Virus record (IMG/VR): IMGVR_UViG_3300008113_000041 | Span: 807-64,806 of that record | Length of the DNA stretch: 64,000 bases | Direction: 5' to 3' (one strand) | Source: a virus | Lineage: Duplodnaviria; Caudoviricetes | Shown: positions 58,548 to 64,000 of the stretch, in pieces | Numbering within the stretch: position 1 is the stretch's first letter | Layout: each line of letters opens with the position of its first letter | Notes under the pieces: model-generated | The model's database searches: none | What the model saw: only the letters and a program-made list of their open reading frames with translations | Told to the model about the DNA's origin: nothing | Translations under genes and position numbers: made by a program

Positions 58548-60261
58548 ACGAAGTCGCTGTCCTAAATGTGCAAGTGTAGGGGCAGACAACTCAGGAAATA
58601 ATCTTGCTGAATATACGGACCATTTCTATTGCTTTAGTTGTGGTTACAATAAACAAAAGAAAGGAAGTTCTATGGATCTTGTAAAGGAAGAAGAACAAAC
58701 AACCAACTTCAAACAATTACGAGGTAGTGTTGTTGGTCTTTCCCATCGTATGATTGATGAAAAAACATGTAGGCAGTTTGGATATGAGACAGTCAACTAC
58801 AATGGAAAAGACATTGAGATTGCTAATTATTACAAGGGAGGAGAACTTGTAGGACAACATCTTCGTGGTCCTGATAAGGCTTTTGCTTGGCGTGGTTCTA
58901 GTAAGAATGTAGAACTATTTGGTCAGCATCTATGGAAGAGTACCAATGGTAAGCGACTAGTCATTACAGAGGGAGAGATTGACTGTATGACTGTGTGCCA
59001 GTTACTTGGTGGTACTTGGCCTGTTGTTTCTGTACCTAATGGGGCGCAGTCTGCACTAAAGGCAATCAAAGATAATCTTGAGTTTATCAATTCATATCAA
59101 GAAGTTATTCTTTGTTTTGATAATGATGAAGCAGGACAAAGCGCGGTTCAACAAATTGCTGGTATACTACCGCCAGGAAAGTGTAAGATTGCAAAGCTTC
59201 CTTACAAGGATGCTAATGAATGCTTGATGAAGGCAGCAAGTAAAGCTGTTGTAACTGCTATTTGGGAAGCACAAGTATATTCTCCCGATGAGATTCTACA
59301 TATTTCTCAGGTTATTTCTAACACAGAAGCAGCAGCAAACATTAGAGTATACCCATTTCCATTCGATGGTCTATCTGAATTCCTTATTGGACAACGGTCT
59401 GGTGAGATTAGTCTTTGGGCTTCAGGTACTGGTTCAGGTAAGTCTACTATTCTACGCGAACTAATGATGCACCATCTAGACGAAGGTCGTAGTGTGGGTG
59501 CTATCATGTTAGAAGAATCGCCAGAAGAAACAATGGATGATATGATTAGCTTGATGCTAAACAAACCAGTTCGTGCTTTACGAGCAACACGAATGATGAA
59601 CGAACTAAGAACACGAATGGGAAAGCCACCAATTAATGTTTCTTTTGTTGATGATCTATCTGATGAAGAATACGCCGAAGCAAGAAATAAACTAGCAGGA
59701 ACACACTTCTACATCTACGACCATCTTGGTAATAATGCAATGGCTAATCTACTAGCCCGTATGGAATACATGGCTGTCTCTCTTAAGGTAGATGTCATTG
59801 TTCTAGACCATATTACAGCTGCGGCTGCTGGTCTTATGGGTGTACAAGATAAAGATATTGAGGGTGGTAGTTCAGAGCGCATCATTATTGATACACTAAT
59901 GAAAGAACTACGATCTCTTGCTGTTCGTACTGGTGTTCATATTGATATTGTATCACAACTAAAGAAGACTGATAAGGCTTACGAAGAAGGAGATAGAATT
60001 ACACTACAAGATCTTCGTGGTTCTGGTGCGTTGGCTAGCGTTCCTAATACTGTTATTGCTTTGGAGCGAGATAGACAAAACGCAGATGAAAAGGTTGCAA
60101 ACACAACACTTGTTCGTGTTCTAAAGAATAGACTAACAGGTAAGTCAGGTATTGCTGTTGCTCTATTCTATGATTGGAAGAGCGGAAGAATGTCTGAGAT
60201 TGACTTTGGTATTGGTGATGATGGACAAGTAGTATTTGAACCCGTGGTGGACAATGGTTGA
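58516..60261 (+). CDS. DNA primase-helicase (gp4-like)
   Basis: CPKC..CFSC Zn finger, ITEGEIDC, FDNDEAG TOPRIM, SGTGSGKST, LDH, DLRGSG, KNR..G. Confidence 0.96.
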   Translation: MKTELSTFIGKRSRCPKCASVGADNSGNNLAEYTDHFYCFSCGYNKQKKGSSMDLVKEEEQTTNFKQLRGSVVGLSHRMIDEKTCRQFGYETVNYNGKDIEIANYYKGGELVGQHLRGPDKAFAWRGSSKNVELFGQHLWKSTNGKRLVITEGEIDCMTVCQLLGGTWPVVSVPNGAQSALKAIKDNLEFINSYQEVILCFDNDEAGQSAVQQIAGILPPGKCKIAKLPYKDANECLMKAASKAVVTAIWEAQVYSPDEILHISQVISNTEAAANIRVYPFPFDGLSEFLIGQRSGEISLWASGTGSGKSTILRELMMHHLDEGRSVGAIMLEESPEETMDDMISLMLNKPVRALRATRMMNELRTRMGKPPINVSFVDDLSDEEYAEARNKLAGTHFYIYDHLGNNAMANLLARMEYMAVSLKVDVIVLDHITAAAAGLMGVQDKDIEGGSSERIIIDTLMKELRSLAVRTGVHIDIVSQLKKTDKAYEEGDRITLQDLRGSGALASVPNTVIALERDRQNADEKVANTTLVRVLKNRLTGKSGIAVALFYDWKSGRMSEIDFGIGDDGQVVFEPVVDNG

Positions 60262-60469
60262 ACAAGCAATACTAATGCGTATGGCTGCATGGGATATGTA
60301 TGCAGCTGGTGTTCTCAGTATGGCTATGCATCCTGGAACTACTAGAGATAAACAAAGACCAATGACCATAGAAGAAATAGCTCAACTTGCAGATCAACTT
60401 TTAGAAGAAAGGGATAAACGGTTTACCAATCCATGCGACTTGTTATTGACATCGAAGCAAACGGACTAA
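60254..60469 (+). CDS. hypothetical protein
   Basis: WDMYAA..HPG..A.LAD..L.ER. Confidence 0.6.
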   Translation: MVEQAILMRMAAWDMYAAGVLSMAMHPGTTRDKQRPMTIEEIAQLADQLLEERDKRFTNPCDLLLTSKQTD

Positions 60470-62139
60470 ACGAAATCCTTTTAAACTCAAAAGGACAAGC
60501 AGTAAAAGAAGGAGATAAAATCTGGTGTGTAGTAACACAAGATGTAGATACTGGTATTGTACGCTCGTATCCACATACAGATTTTGTTGGACTAAAGGAA
60601 CAACTTGAAGCAGCCACACTAATCATTGGACATAACATACTGTCTTTTGATATTATTATGCTTCGTCGTATTCTTGGTGTGAACTTTACATGTCAATTTT
60701 GGGATACTCTTGTTGTTAGTAAGCTGATGTATCCAGATATCAATAATCACCCACTTGGTGATAATAGTCTAGAGTCTTGGGGTAAATACCTAAATAACCC
60801 AAAGCAAGACTACACTGGTGGTTGGGAAAGTTACTCAACAGAAATGCTTGAGTATTGTATTCAAGATGTTCGTCTTTGCAAGGATATTTTTGAAAGACAA
60901 TCTATTTGGGTTAAAGAAAACAACTACGAAAAAATTGTAAAGTTTGAACATATTGTATCACAAATCCTTATGGAACAAACAAACACAGGTTTTTGTTTTG
61001 ATCTAGATAAAGCGTATGCTTTGCACAATGAATTGCTTATGGATAAAGTTGGTATTGAAGATGAAACAAGAAAGATCTTTCCTGATAAAATCCATTATCG
61101 CAAGTCAGAGAAAACAGGAAAAGATCTAAAGCCAAAGATTGAAGTGTTTAATCCTGGATCTAGACAACAGATTGCACAAAGACTAGAAGAAAAGTATGGA
61201 TGGAAAGCACCACTTACAGATAAAGGAAATCCAAAAGTAGACGAGTCTGTATTGGCTGAACTAGAATACCCAGAAGCAAAAGCTCTATTAAAATACTTTG
61301 CTTGTATTAAGTTAATTGGTCAGGTTGAAGACTGGATTAATAGAGCCTCTTCAAGTAGGGATGGTAAGATTCATGGATTTATTAATCCACAAGGTGCAGC
61401 AACGGGTAGGTGTACGCACTCCCAACCTAATGTTGCTCAGGTTAGTGGAGATCACAGAGCAAGAGAACTATGGATTCCTAACAAGAACGAAGTCTTACTT
61501 GGCTCAGATCTTAGCGGTCTTGAACTAAGAATGCTTGCTCACTACATGCATAAATATGACAAAGGTGCGTATGGAGATATTATTTTAAATGGAGATATCC
61601 ATGTACACAATCAAATGGCTGCTGGTTTACCTACTAGAAACAACGCAAAAACTTTTATTTACGGTTTTCTATATGGTGCAGGAGATGCTAAGATCGGTAA
61701 AATCGTTAATGCTTCCTCCAAAGAGGGATCGAAATTAAAAGAAAAGTTTCTAAAAGAGATTCCTGCCTTGGCTAAGGTACAGCAGGAAGCCAAGTTTATG
61801 GCGGCTAAGTGGGGCGCGGTGTTGCTACCTGATGGTCGTAAAGTACCCGTCAGATCGGAACACGCTGCGTTAAACACATGGCTACAGGGATCTGGTGCCA
61901 TCCTTTCCAAGTATTGGATGGTGCTTGCAAACAAAAAGCTAAAAGAAAAATTTGGAAATAAAGTAAAACAGGTCGCTTATATTCACGACGAACTTCAATT
62001 TACTTGTCCTCAAGAAATTGCAGATGAAGCTGGTAAGTTAATTATTGCAGCAGCAACAGAAGCAGGAGAACGACTGAAGATTAACATGCGTATTGATGCT
62101 GAATATAAAGTAGGTTCAAATTGGTCTAACACACACTAA
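60433..62139 (+). CDS. family A DNA polymerase (gp5-like) with 3'-5' exonuclease
   Basis: DIEANGL, GHNILSFD, YCIQD, DLSGLELR, KTFIYGFLYG, IHDE. Confidence 0.97.
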   Translation: MRLVIDIEANGLNEILLNSKGQAVKEGDKIWCVVTQDVDTGIVRSYPHTDFVGLKEQLEAATLIIGHNILSFDIIMLRRILGVNFTCQFWDTLVVSKLMYPDINNHPLGDNSLESWGKYLNNPKQDYTGGWESYSTEMLEYCIQDVRLCKDIFERQSIWVKENNYEKIVKFEHIVSQILMEQTNTGFCFDLDKAYALHNELLMDKVGIEDETRKIFPDKIHYRKSEKTGKDLKPKIEVFNPGSRQQIAQRLEEKYGWKAPLTDKGNPKVDESVLAELEYPEAKALLKYFACIKLIGQVEDWINRASSSRDGKIHGFINPQGAATGRCTHSQPNVAQVSGDHRARELWIPNKNEVLLGSDLSGLELRMLAHYMHKYDKGAYGDIILNGDIHVHNQMAAGLPTRNNAKTFIYGFLYGAGDAKIGKIVNASSKEGSKLKEKFLKEIPALAKVQQEAKFMAAKWGAVLLPDGRKVPVRSEHAALNTWLQGSGAILSKYWMVLANKKLKEKFGNKVKQVAYIHDELQFTCPQEIADEAGKLIIAAATEAGERLKINMRIDAEYKVGSNWSNTH

Positions 62140-62148
62140 GGAGTTTTT

Positions 62149-62343
62149 ATGAAACCAGGTTATCAAACTACAGAATTTTGGTCTGCTCTTGTTCCTATTG
62201 TTGCGAGTCTAACGCTCAAAGAAGGAACAAACCAAGGAACTCTTATTATCTGTGGTACTTGTTTAATGGGTCTATATATTATTTCAAGAACATTTGTAAA
62301 GTGGAAAGTCAAGGAGGAAACAACAAATGAAGAATCAAAATGA
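62149..62343 (+). CDS. small two-TM protein (holin-like)
   Basis: KPGYQTTEFW start, two hydrophobic segments, YIISR, basic tail. Confidence 0.6.
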   Translation: MKPGYQTTEFWSALVPIVASLTLKEGTNQGTLIICGTCLMGLYIISRTFVKWKVKEETTNEESK

Positions 62344-62575
62344 TATTTTAGTTCGCTTAACTAATCTATCTGAAGCTATGAGGAATGGGATTCCTTTTAA
62401 CGATGGGGCTTTTTTGGAGATTGAAAGTGCTATCCAAGAGATTGAAAGTCTACGGGAACTAAACGAAGACTTGCACATTCAACTTAGCTTTTATAAAGAA
62501 AAAGAAGAAGCTGATTGGAATAATAAATCTTGGCGTATGAGTGACGGAGAATCCTTTGATGGTAAACTAGAATGA
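62327..62575 (+). CDS. hypothetical protein
   Basis: AAGGAGG RBS; DILVRL..AIQEIESLR. Confidence 0.7.
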   Translation: MKNQNDILVRLTNLSEAMRNGIPFNDGAFLEIESAIQEIESLRELNEDLHIQLSFYKEKEEADWNNKSWRMSDGESFDGKLE

Positions 62576-63081
62576 AACACGATTGCTATATTGGGTTTTA
62601 CGATATATCAAAGTTACAAGGATTTTGGGGAACGATAATTAAAACAGTTTCCTTTTCTAAAGTTACCCATATAGCTCCGATAATTAAAACAAAAGACGAT
62701 TATATTACAGTTGTTCTTTTGAATGGTGGTAAGATGAGGATTTCTAAAGTATCCAACTTCCAAAAACTGGAAGTTAAACTTCTAGATTGTTGCTATGTTG
62801 GGGCTATAGACACTAGTGTGGAACAGATTCTAGAAGACTGTGAAAAGTATACGCAAGTTTCTACTTGGTCAGTCTTTTGGTGGTTCTTCTTTACTCGTTA
62901 CTTTACAAACAAGTATCCTAAAGTGTGTACTACTTATACTTGTGATTTATTCAAACTTAAATATACTGATACCCTAACAAGGGTAATACCAGCCAAGTTA
63001 TATAGGAGACTAAAGAATGATTGTAATTATGTTAGGTGGGAAAGCCCGTGTTGGGAAGACAACAGCAGCAAACATACTTAA
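62572..63081 (+). CDS. possible permuted papain-like (NlpC/P60) protein
   Basis: N-terminal S..THIA and C-terminal VCTTY, i.e. His before Cys. Confidence 0.45.
   Translation: MKHDCYIGFYDISKLQGFWGTIIKTVSFSKVTHIAPIIKTKDDYITVVLLNGGKMRISKVSNFQKLEVKLLDCCYVGAIDTSVEQILEDCEKYTQVSTWSVFWWFFFTRYFTNKYPKVCTTYTCDLFKLKYTDTLTRVIPAKLYRRLKNDCNYVRWESPCWEDNSSKHT
62798..62810 (+). promoter_or_regulatory. putative phage RNAP promoter inside CDS
   Basis: Exact TTGGGGCTATAGA. Confidence 0.6.
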
Positions 63082-63748
63082 AGTAATTGCTGAGAACATG
63101 GGAATGCGTCCTGTTATTGTTCCGTTTGCTAAGGCAATCAAAGATGAAGCAACAAAACTAGGACTTTCTAAAGATACAAAACCAGATTTATATCGTGCTT
63201 TTTGTCAAGACCTAGGCGAAAGAAAAAGAAAAGAAAATCCAGATCATTGGGTAAATGCTTTTAATCAGGTCTTTGAAAAACTAGCCAAAGAAGAAAATGA
63301 GGCACTAGAATCAACGGACAAAAAGTACAAAGAACGAGTCGTTATAATTGATGACTGTCGTTATTTAAATGAAGTAGCTTATGGTAGAAAGATTGGTGCA
63401 AAACAAGTATTCATTGCTCATGGATCTAGAGAAATCGAAGATCTAAATGGAGAATGGAGACAGCATGAATCAGAAGACATGGCAAATAAAATTGAAACAA
63501 AACAAAAAGATTATGACAATCTATTTGAGTATCGTATTTCAAATGATGGGTCAATGGATAATTTTGTAGAAGTTCTATCACAACTTTCTTTAGTTCTATT
63601 CAATGTCATTGCTGAGTCTCTTACTCTATGTCCTTGTGAAGTTTGCACGGCACACAGACAGGGAAGAGATATTAATTACGATTCTTTATTGGCAGAAGTC
63701 GAAGAATTGATTGAAGATCTATATAAAAAGAAAGAAAAAGAAAAATGA
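63017..63748 (+). CDS. deoxynucleoside monophosphate kinase-like protein
   Basis: GKARVGKTT P-loop, FA.AIK, IIDDCRYLNE, HESE. Confidence 0.85.
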   Translation: MIVIMLGGKARVGKTTAANILKVIAENMGMRPVIVPFAKAIKDEATKLGLSKDTKPDLYRAFCQDLGERKRKENPDHWVNAFNQVFEKLAKEENEALESTDKKYKERVVIIDDCRYLNEVAYGRKIGAKQVFIAHGSREIEDLNGEWRQHESEDMANKIETKQKDYDNLFEYRISNDGSMDNFVEVLSQLSLVLFNVIAESLTLCPCEVCTAHRQGRDINYDSLLAEVEELIEDLYKKKEKEK

Positions 63749-64000
63749 AACCAATTCCAGCAAAACCAAGTATTGTTGTATTCAACGGAGGACCAAAGGA
63801 TGGAACCACCATACCTTACAAGTTTTCCATGTATCCAGAATATAAGGTTGCAGATAACCCATGCTATAGTATTGGAAACTACTATACAGACAGTGATCCC
63901 TTGCCATTTGAAGATATCAAGTGGGTTCGGTATGAATTAAAGAAGGCAATGCGCCAAGTCTTTGAACCGCGTAAATACATGGAAATCAATCCAGAATACG
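63745..64000 (+). CDS. hypothetical protein, truncated by window edge
   Basis: ATGA overlap; MKPIPAKP..FNGGPKDG. Confidence 0.55.
   Translation, partial: MKPIPAKPSIVVFNGGPKDGTTIPYKFSMYPEYKVADNPCYSIGNYYTDSDPLPFEDIKWVRYELKKAMRQVFEPRKYMEINPEY

Noticed and set aside
52331-62139. Inteins, introns or homing endonucleases in RNAP, helicase or PolA (also RNR and TerL)
   Set aside because: Lengths are normal or compact and no splicing or endonuclease motifs were seen
1-64000. Stop-codon reassignment or alternative genetic code
   Set aside because: Core genes are intact under the standard code and no suppressor tRNA is present

Overview
Near-complete genome of a T7-like podovirus (Autographiviridae-type, with its own single-subunit RNA polymerase), apparently permuted so that the likely physical ends meet around 40.35-40.85 kb. 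All credible genes are on the + strand. From ~40.9 kb: GC-richer early genes, five tRNAs plus a tRNA-like element, DUF932, RNAP, SSB, RusA, ThyX, primase-helicase, PolA and dNMP kinase. From position 1: exonuclease end, dUTPase, class II RNR, portal, scaffold, capsid, tail tube proteins, two fibre proteins, terminase, and very large internal-virion proteins (1815 and 4148 aa, with HExxH motifs). A 13-mer, TTGGGGCTATAGA, occurs at least six times and is the probable phage promoter. The most unusual signal is a ~14.7-bp phased TA-step lattice (GTTAAG/GCTAAC-like) written through about 2 kb of unrelated early genes and their spacers. Also notable: an early-to-late codon switch matched by the all-U34 tRNA set, a ~230-nt structured element between terS and terL, and an orphan 15-nt complement of the 16S rRNA 3' end after the capsid gene. 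All calls come from reading motifs by eye; no searches were run.
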